A stretch of DNA of 64,000 nucleotides. Source: Phoronis australis (lineage: Eukaryota; Animalia; Phoronida). A program made the position numbers and the translations under genes. The stretch lies in assembly GCA_002633005.1 (NCBI GenBank), contig NMRA01000145.1, positions 595,873 to 659,872 of the forward strand, in the 5' to 3' direction. The first letter of the stretch is position 1. Every line of letters begins with the position of its first letter. Below the pieces are notes generated by a model, which had not been told where the DNA came from, made no database searches, and saw nothing but the letters and a program-made list of their open reading frames with translations. Positions 51,751-64,000 of the stretch are shown here, piece by piece.

Positions 51751-54614
51751 CCTTGACTACCTGACCTCGGTCTGCTCCTGAAAATAAAGTGTTAATTCAT
51801 GTTCAGGTGTACTTTCACTAATATTTTTTAATAATTTATCTATTTTGTACATGATATGATCGAATGCGGGAAAGTCCACGGGTCGGACTCAATACAGAAA
51901 TGTTGATGGGAGAAGGGGTGCAGCTTACAGTTGCGTTTACAAATTACACCCCACTCACCCTGAATACCTGCAGACATTGCCTTACCACACCCTTTACATT
52001 TCCCACCCAATAAACCTAATCTGGTCGAAATAATTACAGGCCCAGTACTTTCTCAATATAATATACACATTTAATTAATTGGGTAAATTGGGGCATGTCT
52101 TTATGAATAGGCTCGACTGGCTGCTTGGCAGGGGTAGGGCACCTCCCCTAGGCTAGAATTGGTGTAGCAAGGTCTGCAAACACTATTCTCATGACATGGC
52201 CGGAAAATTAGGACACCCATTTAGAGAGTGGACTTGAAACAAGGGACCGATTTTAATGTAGGAAGCTTCAGTTCAATGAAAAAGTAACCCTTTCCCACGT
52301 GTTGTAAACACATCCTTAGCATGCGACTACATGCGTTTTAAAAAAAATCATAACGTAGGTAGATACTCGAAATCCTACACAGATATGTGAACGCTGAATT
52401 AGACCAAAACTTTTCACCAGCAAAGCCGCACAACCGTTTTGGCAATCGGGTAGCCTCCGTAGCCTCCCGCTTTAGCACTCAGGCTCGTAAGCGGAACTGC
52501 CTAGAGAGACACCTGGCGTGAAATACACATCACCACAAGAGGTCACTTGGGTCGTGAAAAACTTCCGTGCGTGAACGTGGAATCTTGCCTGATCTCAAGC
52601 TCGCAAACTTGGAATACAAGAGAAAACTTGACAAGTTCACTCAAAGAATCACGCTCACGTTGATAAAAATTTGCTCTGCACTAAATCAAATTACATGTTA
52701 AAATAAAACAACGTAAATTTTAACTAATATTTTTTCATCTATTGGCGAAATTGATTTAACCAAGAGCCAAACTATTCCTCCAATTCTTTGACATAAGTTA
52801 GACTAAAGGAGACTCAAATGGTTGTTCATGAGGCCAATAATTACAAAAATTCTTTACACTGAACAAAAAGATCAGCAAGATTCCAAGTTCACACACACCA
52901 CAATCAACGACCGGTCAACATATGTTTTTCAGGAAATACGGTCTCTCACTGGTCTCATTAGTCGCCGGCCACCGTGACTCTCTCTTATCTCTCGCGCAAT
53001 TTGCCGGACAACAAGACATTGCTAACATTTCGTGAGACTGCTCAAAAAAGTTCGGCAAAGATCGAAAATTTACGAGAAATGGAAGCATTGAAGCAATGGT
53101 CGCCGGGCATTGGTCGATAGTTAGGCCTAAATCATAGGCCCCGGCTAGTCGGCTTCTTTGATCGGATACACGCTAGTGTTGGTTAGGGGTGGGAACAGTT
53201 CGTTGTTGCATGAGATCAGGTTCGCTAAGCGTATCATAGCGTATCATTAAATTTATGCACCGAATCGGCTCGAAACCGAATTGTCCGTTCCATATATCCC
53301 GCCCGGACGGGAAACCATTCCTCAGCTGAGTGACAAGTTAAAAGCAATTTCATAACGTCTGTGGGCCAATAATGCTTGTCTAACAGATCGTGGTTGTTAC
53401 GAATGTGAGAATTATGTCATAAGCCCAGTGAAATACTGACATGCAGTTAAATAATTAATTTTATACTGGTTCAGCATGGAAATGACACGTTGAAATTATA
53501 TTGAAAGAAGGTAGCTGAGCATTTTTTTCTTGAAATGGTTAAAAGTATTCATCAGTTTAGTCATTAGGGAAAGCATTCACTCTACTATGGCAAGAAAAAA
53601 AAACCTGGCACAAAAAGAATTCACTGGTCTCGATACAAAACCACTATGCGCNTGAGTATTGGCTCCACGTGTGGACGGCGGACGGAGTAGACTGGGTATG
53701 ATATATCCCTGGTTAAGTGTTCAGTTGTATCATCGGCGAAAACACTTTAAAATCTTACACAGTAATTCATAACATTCGCTTGTACACATCTGTTAGGAAA
53801 GAGGCGATCCAATGCAACATTCTGGCAGTTTTTTTTTTCATTTTGAACGTTTATTGGTGAATTTAATTGTACAACCCAGACCATGCAATACACCGATACA
53901 AAAGTAAAACGGGATAGTAGCACTCACAAAACTCATTTTAGTCTCCCTTGAAAGGCCAAGCTAATATGTCTTAAAACATTTCACCAATGTTGTTGTCGAA
54001 GAGTAAAGTTCACGTGTTTCTTTAAGCATAGACACGAAGTGTGCTAGAAGAGATATTCTGAAAACCTCTCCATTATCGAGCAGCGGCATAGATCGGCGAG
54101 TTACTCATTCAAGGTGCTTACTACGCGTGGACACGTAATCCAATTGTGTGTTTTTTTTTTCAAGCCCGAATACCCTACGCGAAGGGTGTCTTTTCCGATT
54201 TCCACTTCAAGGGACCCATTTTGAACGAATTAAGTCGGAAGAAATAGGAACTGGTTGTTCGATCATACAGATCACGGTAGCTACCTAAATATGGGCAATT
54301 TTCGTGCTGATTCTCTTATGAAGGTCGATATACTTATTTTGCAACTGTACGCCCCGCTCAATAAATAGCTGAGTGCCCATGTCCACAACGGCTGCCCATG
54401 ATCGTGAGGTACTGCTGCGTTGGTCGGTGTAGCTAACCCGGCCGAGGTCTAGCTGTGTATTTTGCACTCTCAGGAGTTGGGATGGGTATATTTCTACTAG
54501 TTTTTCCTCATTTGGCGTTATCTCAGCTATCCGGCATTTTTTCAGTTGCGTATTTGGTCTGCTTAGTGTAGCGGCTACTCCCCCGGCCCCAGTCCAGCCA
54601 TAACGCGCCGTGGA

Positions 54615-54776
54615 CAGTGGCGGATTGAGAGGGGGCCAAGGGCTCCATGCCCCCCCTCAAACTCTCCCAGATTCCATTTGTCAGGTTGGAGGTACGAATA
54701 TCTGACGGGCAAAATCCTGGCTAATAACTTTACCCTGGCCCATCCCCCTAACTAAAAATCCTGGATCCGCCCCTTG
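54615..54776. mobile_element. Short non-autonomous DNA element (CAGTGGCGGAT...ATCCGCCCCTTG ends, hAT-like)
   Basis: Imperfect inverted termini; target duplication not clear. Confidence 0.5.
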
Positions 54777-55158
54777 TGGAAGAGGACCAATCATGCCACG
54801 TACACTGGCTTTGCGAACCAACACGTCACTCTGGTCGTTATAAATTCATGTCAAAAAGATTCAGAAATCTTGAGTTTCAGTGGGGTATAGGCCTATGGCT
54901 ACACAAGAAACAAGGCAACTATATTCGGGATTTTTCTTCAGTTCATTACCCTCATAGACACAACCCTTTTCGTAGTGATTGCACATCAGTAGCTGCTGGT
55001 CACTATCAAAATGTGACCCAGTATTTTATTATTGACGTCACTGTCAAAAGTTTACGGAACACGTGTAGCTTGCCGCATACTTACGCGTGAGATTCCTCTG
55101 TTAGAACAATGTAAAAGCAGGCAAATTTTGGCATGACAGTGTTGGGGGGGGGGGGGGG

Positions 55159-55227
55159 NNNNNNNNNNNNNNNNNNNNNNNNNNNNNNNNNNNNNNNNNN
55201 NNNNNNNNNNNNNNNNNNNNNNNNNNN
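55159..55227. other. Assembly gap flanked by a poly-G and a poly-C run
   Basis: N run directly visible. Confidence 0.95.
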
Positions 55228-56082
55228 CCCCCCCCCCCTGATTGCCATCAGTTTCATCCCTTGCATCTGGTCGCCACCAATTTCCCCACGTACGTCACAG
55301 TTGCACACTTTCTTAAACCCCCACCCTCTCCCTAGCCGCCGCCAAAAGTTTCACCCGATCGGTCACAACCTGTCCTCACTCACAGTGTGAAGAGTTCATT
55401 TTTGTCCGCATTTCCTTGTCGGTGCGGCTTTCCCGTGTTTGTCATGTTTTGTCCCATATTTTTACCCGGAGGTGGGACCAAATGCTCACCTCCGCCTTCG
55501 ACCATGGCAGGGGAGGTCCGCCCCCTCTAGATCCGCGTCTCAGTGGGGTTGGATATTCCGTGAAAAGGGGAAATTTCATCTTTTCTCATCAGAACCACAT
55601 TGGATGATTTCCGCTGTTCAGCGGAAACGAAAATTTGCTTTCTAATTTCACTTTACCGGCTTTACCCTAACTGTCGGTGTCCTAATAGGCCCAAGTGCAC
55701 AGATCCAGAGAGGAGAGTCCTTTCGCTCTCATCTTTGCTCGGCCAATGTTGTTTTGTCTTACACCTCTGCTTATTATTTTAAATTAGCGCCTCTGTATGA
55801 CTTACGTGTTTAATTATATAATATTGCCTTTTCGCTCACCCAGAAACAAGAAGACTGCATGTGGCCTCAGCAACACTCGAAACGTCGTCTGCTATTGTCA
55901 TTGTGCGCATGTGCAAGCACAACCCGCTTTTCTATGAGCTCCTCGGAAACATTGCACTGACGCAACTTGAAGCCGATGACAGGTGTCTAGGAGCGCGGCG
56001 CGAATCGAACAAAAATGTTCGTTGACGAGAGTTTCGTTCTATCGCACCATGTTTACATTACTTCTCCTGGAGACGTTTAATT

Positions 56083-56595
56083 ATGGGAACTTCGACCCCA
56101 GGTGACACGAATATGGAGGAAGGAAATCTTATCAACAAAAAGCAAATTAATGGTCACGTTAAAAGTGACAGAAGCCACGGACGACGGCCTTCGTCCTCAC
56201 GTCAGCGCAGTTCAGGAGGTCAGAAAAAGACCAGTCATGCTGTGCGACGTTCTAAAAGTCAGGCGACACTAAGGAGTAATTCTCAGACTTCTGATTTCGG
56301 TTCTGATCTTTCAGGAGAGGCTGCAGATGTCCTTCCGGATAACATAATTTTGAACGAGATCAAACGAGGCGCAAACGGCATGGAGGGATTGTTTCAAAGA
56401 AAACGCTCTAGTATAAATATGTTAACTGATCCGAGGATTCTGGATCACCTGAGAAAAATACATCATGAAGCTAAGGCCAGGGGGTCTACTTCATCTACTG
56501 ACACGATTAATTCACAAATTGAAAACGACCAGCTGGATGAAAAAGTCTCGGTTTACAACAGAAAAATGCAGCTGGGAGTTTTTCAGTTGCGAAAG
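56083..56595 (+). CDS. First coding exon of a Ras-association (afadin RA1-like) domain protein; gene continues past the right edge
   Basis: 187-aa ORF with donor AAG|gtaggg at 56595; phase 0 matches the exon at 63271; Ser/Arg-rich disordered N-terminus. Confidence 0.72.
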
Positions 56596-59500
56596 GTAGG
56601 GTTGAGCTGGTTGAATTTAAATACAGTTACCCATAGAGTACCCTAGGGAAAGCGTTCGAGTGAGCTCAAAGCTTGTAAATCGAAGTCAATGTGCTTATGC
56701 TTAACTTGGCTTTGTCCCCGGAGTGCACAGTTAATTGACATATTAAACCTGACAGCCTAACATAGAATGGAAATAAATGTCATTCGACTGGAGACTTAAG
56801 TCATGACGTTCATTCTTTATGGATCATTTTAGGGAATATGCATAGTTAGGCATTGACATCGAATCTTTTAGTTTGGAAACTTATATTGTCTGCTTGAGTT
56901 CATCGTTTATGAAAACTGAACCTCAGGCAACGGAGTAAACCTGCGCCTTTAGAGAAAGATGTTTGTGCAAATAAAAATCACCAAATGTGTGAATACGACT
57001 GCCTGTGAAATCCATATTCGTGAACTGTACAATCGTTTAAAATTGATCATATCACGCTGATGTATGTTTGGTTTTCTGAAAAAAAAGGTGTCTGCGTTTG
57101 TTTAGTATCACGAGGTGGCACTCTTTAACCTTTGGTGCCTCGTAGTGTAAGCTATAATTATATATTGACATTTATAGATTTTTACAGACGCCGTCTTTTA
57201 TGCGCTCGTGTCTTCACGTAATTGCCCGATTTCACTAATTAGTTCGATCAGCATTTGCCCGAGGGAACAGTCATAAAGTTATTGTCATTGTTTTACTTCA
57301 TCAAATTCAACAATGCTGATATTGTTGTCAGCCAAAATCATTATCAATAGTTATGTAACCTTGACGATCTAAAGGTGTGAATTAGTGTTTTCTGTACTAT
57401 TTGGAATTAAAGGGACTTGATATGGTTTATGACCCAAAACACATTAAGATTATTGTTGGATTGGATAGACTTCTTGAAGTTATTAGCTTTGATTAGAGCT
57501 ATAAAAAACAACAAATCCATTGTATTTTGTCAGTTTATTGCAAATCCACAATTTTCACCCTTGTCTGCCAGTAATTAGTTGAAATCAATTCCGGTCATTT
57601 TCAAGCTAAATATACTTAAAATGAAGTCTGCTACTTGTCGAATGAAGGTCACCTCTGCCACCGAAGCGTTGTATAGTTATTGAGACCGCTGAGATTGTCA
57701 ATTCGGTTCTACGTTGCAGCTGATCTCGGAAAAAAACACTTTCTTTCATAATGTCCCTTTCCTAACGCTCTCAGTTAATTTATGCTATTAGTTAACACAC
57801 ACTTATCTGTTAATCTGGTAAAGTTGTCATTTAATATTTAATAACGTGTTATATCTCACTGCGTACCTTACATTATATAGACTAATTTGGTTAGTCTTTA
57901 ACGAAGTATACAAACGGTTTTCTAAGTAGGCTTAACACTTAACTGTTGGCCTGACTGGGTTACCTGCGCAGGTGAGAGGCACGTCGGGCATAAAGTCATA
58001 AAACTGACAACGTATCTTGCTGGCCTTGCTACCTGTAATTATAGTATCATATTTTACATTTTATTTAAGCAATTATTGAGTATCTGAAATATACCCTTGG
58101 TGTATGTGCTCTTTTATGAACAGGCAATGGGTGTGAATTGAAACGTTTTTTATGACACCATTATTTATTGAATTTGATTTTGTTCTTATTTGAAACGTCA
58201 AAAGATGAAAATTAACTTCATTCTCTTAAATAAACCCAACCGAAGGCCCCTGGATTATTGAAACCGACCATTTATAAGTAATCCAGCCACGTCCAAATGC
58301 AGCTCGGTTATTTTCTTTATGTGTGCATACAAATCCGTTAGCTAAACATTCTGTCCGTCTTACGGTTGACTAGAAATGTTGAGATCTTTGTGTGTCTGTA
58401 TACATTGCCTGTCACAACACCGCATTTGTGTTCGACTACTATTAGCACACAAATAATACAATGTTGGTCTAAATTTGGAAGTCTACGCGTATGAGAAAAC
58501 GATCAAGTCACGTCGAATATTCCTACAGGCGATTAACTTTGAAGTCGTAAATTGGGCATTGCCCTACATTTTTATTAAAGCCAACACCTGCTTTAGTTAC
58601 CTATGTAGTTGGGATCTGAAAGAATGCAGACCTCTTGAGAAGGACTGTCGCAATCAATTGATTAATACATTGATTCTCCGTTGATCGTATTTAACTAGGA
58701 TACTGGAATAAATACGTAAAGGGTGGCCATGAGCTCAAAATCCATAAATCAACTTCCAAAAAGTCAAAAACAGAGAACAAGCGTTCCTCGTGTCACCGGC
58801 CGGGGTAAAGGTGGGACTTTATGCAACCTGCAAGCTAGCACGTGCTGTTAGCATTTTAGCACACTTAAAATGTCTACATAAAGTTTCCATTGTATAACGC
58901 CTACTATGCTTGACACCGAATGCAAACAGAGACTTTGAATCTTGTTCTGGTGTCCGAGCTAATGAACACATTAACGCCTAATTAATTTACATTTCAAGTG
59001 ATTCTGTATAAAAGTTGTTGAAACTAATGTGAAAACCGTGTAGGTACTACAGTAAGAATTCCTGTTGTTATTGAAAGGTACTTGTACAACTTCTTTCAAG
59101 TTTGAAGTTTTATAAGCAGGTTACGTGCTTGGTGCGCCCGAGAAGTTGACACGTTCTATTTCGTTGGCTTCGACAACTTCATCAACTACGGCAGTCATTT
59201 TTAACGGATGTTAGGCAAGTTGGGTTCCTCGGAAAAGTAAAAAATTAGGACCCAAAATGAAGAAAGTGCCACAAGACATTTTTAGATAACAAGAAACGTT
59301 TTTGGTTACCTTTATTTATTTTAGTGAGTTGTATTGACAAAGGTTTCTTTTACGTGTATCATTACATCTAGTCAAGGAAAATGAAACAAAATATTCTTCA
59401 CTCCTTTCCGTTATAAACTCAGTTATTGATTTCATTGAAGAATAAATATTCTTTAATAAATTTGTTTAATAATATAATAATGAAACAGTGGTGTCGGAAT

Positions 59501-62500
59501 TTTACGAAATTAAGTCCGCAAAACAGAAAGGCCTACACGTTATTTAGACCTGCTACAGGCCCTCTGCAATTACAGACACTGTGCTTTAATTGCACTGCTC
59601 ACTCTCAGCAAGCCTACCAGCCTGCTTGAAGAATTCTGCAAGTGTTTTATGTTCTTCCTAGCTATGACAGTTTTCACTGAAAATGTTTTATTTTTAACAG
59701 CATTCTTTTCTAATGCTTTGGTAAGTAAGACATCGACCGACATGATGTTCTGGTGTTTCATATTCCAGCCACCATTTCGGGCAGCAAGAATTTGTTGCTC
59801 GACCTGTTATTTTCTTGTATTTATTTATTTATGTTTACCAAGACCTGTTATAAATTTGTTTAAAACATGCGTATTTTTTTTTGTTTTTGCTAACTTTATC
59901 CTACCCTAGCAATGCGTTGAAGTTTTGACGTCAAACATCAATTCAAAGAAATTTTACGAAACCCACTCCTTTCCGTTGGTTACATCATTTGTAACCCTGG
60001 CTGTCATTCTTATACATAATATTAATTCAGCAAAAGTTTCACAATAACTGATTTATGAACTGGTCTGTTTACAAAATGGCATAACGACAACGAGATAACC
60101 AGCTTGCTATCAGAGATAAATGCTCTTATTGAAATCCTGTAAGTCAATTCAAGTAGATTTTCTATCGGAACACTTGTCTTAGCCGCGGGCGCCACGCATT
60201 GATATATAATAGGGCAATGATACCACACTATTGCTAGCATTTAAAACATATCTCAGTTTAATGTTTGCACTATTTCTCTTCATTGTTTGATATTTTTACA
60301 ATCTTTTCTGCTTTATCGCATCATTATCGCCTTTGTTTACTCTACCACTGGTCGGTACTTGGCCGGGCTGCAAGTGGTTTATGATGATTGCCATAAGTTT
60401 ACTGTCGTTGTAGAAAATCGTGTGGAATTATTAAATTAATATTGATTCAGCTATTACGCACTTTGAAACGGGCCTTTATTGTGAACTTTGAGTTTTAAAA
60501 TTTCACTCAAACTACTTGAAATTCCTTTCATGTCAAAATATGTTAGAACCGATAAGGCATCAAAATGAATAGTGAACTTTATTAATGTAGAATATTACCT
60601 GAGAAGTTACAACACCAGTGTGCCACCAGTTACACTCAAATAAAATAACGATCTGATTTGCAAAATAAGACAAAGAAAACGAACTAGTTGCAGCACATGC
60701 CCCTGGCAGATGGGCATATTTGAATTAAAACTGAACTCATCGATGTCGTTCGCCTCAGGGGCAATTTCGTCCATCGAATAGTGCAAAATAAATATGAGAA
60801 AATAGGAATTCTTTAAAGAACTACGCTGTCTATCACTCAATAATTTTATTTGAAACTAAACCAGAACGAAAATTCCATTTCGGCAGTGCAGTAAGCAGCT
60901 AAGTGACATCGTAAGTGAAAAAATCTATCGTACGTGAATGAGCTTGGTAGAGTCTAGGGACCAATATTGGTTCCTAGGTAGAGTGTATGAGTCGTTATTC
61001 GTATTTGGAAACTACGCTGTGCTCGCTTAGCGCTCGTTTCAAGAACGTATTCACACCTTTTACTCTATTACCCAACGCTTCCTACGTCAGTGCAATGTGA
61101 TTGGTCGAAAGTTGTTTCTCCAGTTCACATGTATTCACGACGAAGGAACGGTTGGGAAGCAGCTCCCGCCGTTTTCTAAAGAGTATTTTCACACCTTTGT
61201 GTTGCACTGAGTAACCGCTGGCTTGCAACTTGGAAAATATTGTCATATTTAATGTGTTGAAATATTTTACAAAATCTTACCAGAGAAAGTATCTAAATCA
61301 ATACGCCCCTAAATCTAACCTACTAAAAAAGAATTTTAATGCATGACAGTCGCTGTGCTACTTCGCTAGTGATTCGCGTGAAACTGGTTTAGTTTTCTAA
61401 TGTTCATGTTTGTTTCATAGTCACTGAAATATTATAATATTATTTAAATCATTTGTTAGTGAAATATCTCTGCAACCAGTGATCTAGAACATCAAAGAAG
61501 TTCCGACCATGTTAATTATCTGTAAAATTGTCCCAACAATCTGCAACAAAAGGTTCGGGTGCTTTTCGTAATAAGTTGATATTATTACAAACGCAAAGTT
61601 AAAAAGGTGCTATCAAATTTGATGGATTTCGTCAGTCTCCATTTCGTTGTTACGTCTAAAATGTTCTGTGTCAGTTTATTAATACCAAAAGAACACCCGT
61701 AAGCATTTTACATCATTCAATACATTTTGTATCACGTCTGTCTGTTTCTTGCTTTAACGTACGGAACATGTTCGTTCAAGAAACCATTTATACGTAGCAC
61801 TGGTTATGCAGTAGGTGTTTTAGTTTTACTCAGGCAAAATTTGCCGTGTTAGTCATTTTCTCTTTGCCTTGGACGTTGAATAAATAATACTCTTGCTAGA
61901 TTGCCTTAAGGTCTATGCGTTTGTATAGAACCTGGTTGACTTTTGATCACCAGCATTTAGAACAGGTTATTCGTCAGGTTGGTCTGTCTCGGTCAACCTG
62001 ACAGGTTCCTCGCGGCATCTAGCATGCGTAAACACGCATGGAGTGTGTCTAACCAGCGATTGATTCGACATACTTGCCCGTGGCAACGGGTCCTTTCTCG
62101 TTTGCACTGCTTCGCATTTTCTTCAGTATTAAAGTTGAAATTAACAACTCAATCAGGCATAAGAGAGTCAATATTCGAACAATGGTGGAAAAACAACCCT
62201 TACTTTAAGAAGCAAATAGAAACATTCTTAATGTCTAGACACGGCCTGGGGTGATGGCACTGCGGCATATTTATACTTTAGTAATCCGTTAGAATTATTG
62301 TAATGAAAGAATTGACATTTTGCAATGTTTTGTTAAGTTACACAACAAGTCCATGTGCACGTTTCGACTACCTGTTACTGAGCCTTAAGGGGGGGGGCGT
62401 TTATTGAGCAAAAATTAAATATTTGGAAAAGGATTACCACGTTAATCTACTGTCCCAGGTAGTTCAACCAACGTAAGGTGGCAGGGAGTCAATGAGCATT

Positions 62501-63270
62501 GCGTTAATTAGTTTATGTACAACCCATTTTAGAATACAGGTGGGCCATCATAATTTCGTGGCTAAACATTAGGTAGCAGAGAAATTGGCGCAGCAAAGAT
62601 TAAACCACGCAACAACGATCTATCTTAAGCGATTATCTTCTTTGGAATTCAGAATTTATACACCCTACGCATGACTTTCGAATACTCATCAACAGCTTTT
62701 CTGAAATCGCGTTCTTATGCACTGAAATAATTTTAGCTATAATCTGTGAGCTATATTCATTTTTATGGACGTTTGTGCAGCTTCGATTGACTTGACGGAT
62801 CGGACCTATGTCTAATGCTGTGCTTAATGTCGTAATGCTTGCACGAACTACATTCCCATTTTATTGTGTAATCACTTGACAGAGCAATGACATATTTATG
62901 AGTTTTTTTTTCTCTTCTAATTTGCAATACACAAACTGAAGAAGTCTCGTGCAAGTCGTAATATCAATCGACAAGCAGTCGCTAGAACACGTAGGCCGTT
63001 GTGACACACTTCGTATACCGATCTGTTCATCCGACTGGGACATCGCTGAGTGTTTTTGTGAAGTCTGTAGATCAGGTGTTGGGTTAAAATCTGTCGCACC
63101 ATATAACAATTTACAATTCGGGAACATTAACCTTTATAAAGTTAACCATAAAATAAGGATAAATAATCACATTTTGCTCATCAGACTTTGTAGGGGAAAA
63201 CGTTATTTCTGAAATTTCTACTACGAATGCCGGTCATACAGAAAGTCTGAATTGGTGTATTTTGTTTTAG

Positions 63271-63466
63271 AATTCAGGTCTTTTCTACGAGGGTGCCTTG
63301 CGGTTTTATTACGAAGACCACGATCAAGAGTTAACCAAAGCAATCCGTGTGAAGAGTACAACGACTGTGGCCGAACTGATACCTGTATTGTTGGATAAAT
63401 TTAACTTGAGAAAAATGGACGAAGGCGAAATCGACAAAAGAGAAGTTTACGAAGTTGTAAACGGGG
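63271..63466 (+). CDS. RA-domain exon (NSGLFYEGALRFYYEDHDQELTKAIRVKSTTTVAELIPVLLDKF...VYEVVNG)
   Basis: ttttgttttag acceptor, G|gtaagt donor; resembles afadin/canoe RA1 (GVMRFYFQD..TKCIRVSSTATT..LAEKF..LYEVH). Confidence 0.8.
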
Positions 63467-64000
63467 GTAAGTTTGTCATTTTATACCGTTTTGTATTGTT
63501 CTTATACACGGGCGGTGCACCACACCATAGGGGGCTGGGGAGCTATAGCCCCACTTATTTCAGTGCTGCGTCGCCCATATTATAACTGTTTTTATAACCA
63601 ATTGTACGTTAAAATAAGTATACGAGACTGGATTTAGTAAATGTGTCTGCTCTATACGCCTTGAATGTGTTTATCGAAGTGTTGTATAGTTACATATAAG
63701 TACGAGAGGGAGAAACTCTACAAAAGTTACGCCCCTAAACATCTTAACCAGGAAAAACTTTTAACACACGAGTAACTGAGAGGTATCATGAAGATTCATA
63801 TTTCGAATTCTAGGTAAATTAACTTCTTAGGATTATTGTATTTCAAGCCACCTCGCACCTGGTCCAAAGTTCAAAACGTCACATTGAAAATGTCTCACAC
63901 AATCTACGTCGAATATAATTGCCTATAGAAATTAATCAAATACAGATACCGCCCATGGCAATACGATTTGGACAAGCTAAATACATGTGTTGTTATTAAG

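Noticed and set aside
53652-53652. Fourth single-N junction as another duplication
   Set aside because: No flanking repeat was visible
56650-63270. Short ORFs of 60-90 aa in this interval
   Set aside because: No recognisable motifs; they lie in the first intron of the RA-domain gene, whose flanking exons already join in phase

Overview
This is AT-rich, intron-rich genomic DNA from an invertebrate animal, not a prokaryote; the taxon cannot be fixed from the sequence alone. I assembled four spliced genes by hand using GT-AG sites and reading-phase continuity. (1) CCDC33, minus strand, at least 19 coding exons from ATG 33718 to beyond the left edge. (2) TMEM11, plus strand, 2 coding exons, head-to-head with CCDC33. 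(3) DHRS7B, minus strand, 6 coding exons, tail-to-tail with TMEM11, as I recall it is in human. (4) The 5' part of a plus-strand gene encoding an afadin-RA1-like Ras-association domain. Introns carry tRNA-derived SINEs, several MITEs (Harbinger-, hAT- and TA-type) and minisatellites. Three near-identical tandem duplications, each joined by a single N, are most likely uncollapsed allelic contig overlaps. I see no convincing wholly new biological system. The best leads are the conserved TMEM11-DHRS7B pair, an extra N-terminal C2-like region and candidate alternative exons in CCDC33, the atypical afadin-like RA gene, and several repeat-derived structures. Family assignments rest on remembered motifs, not database searches.
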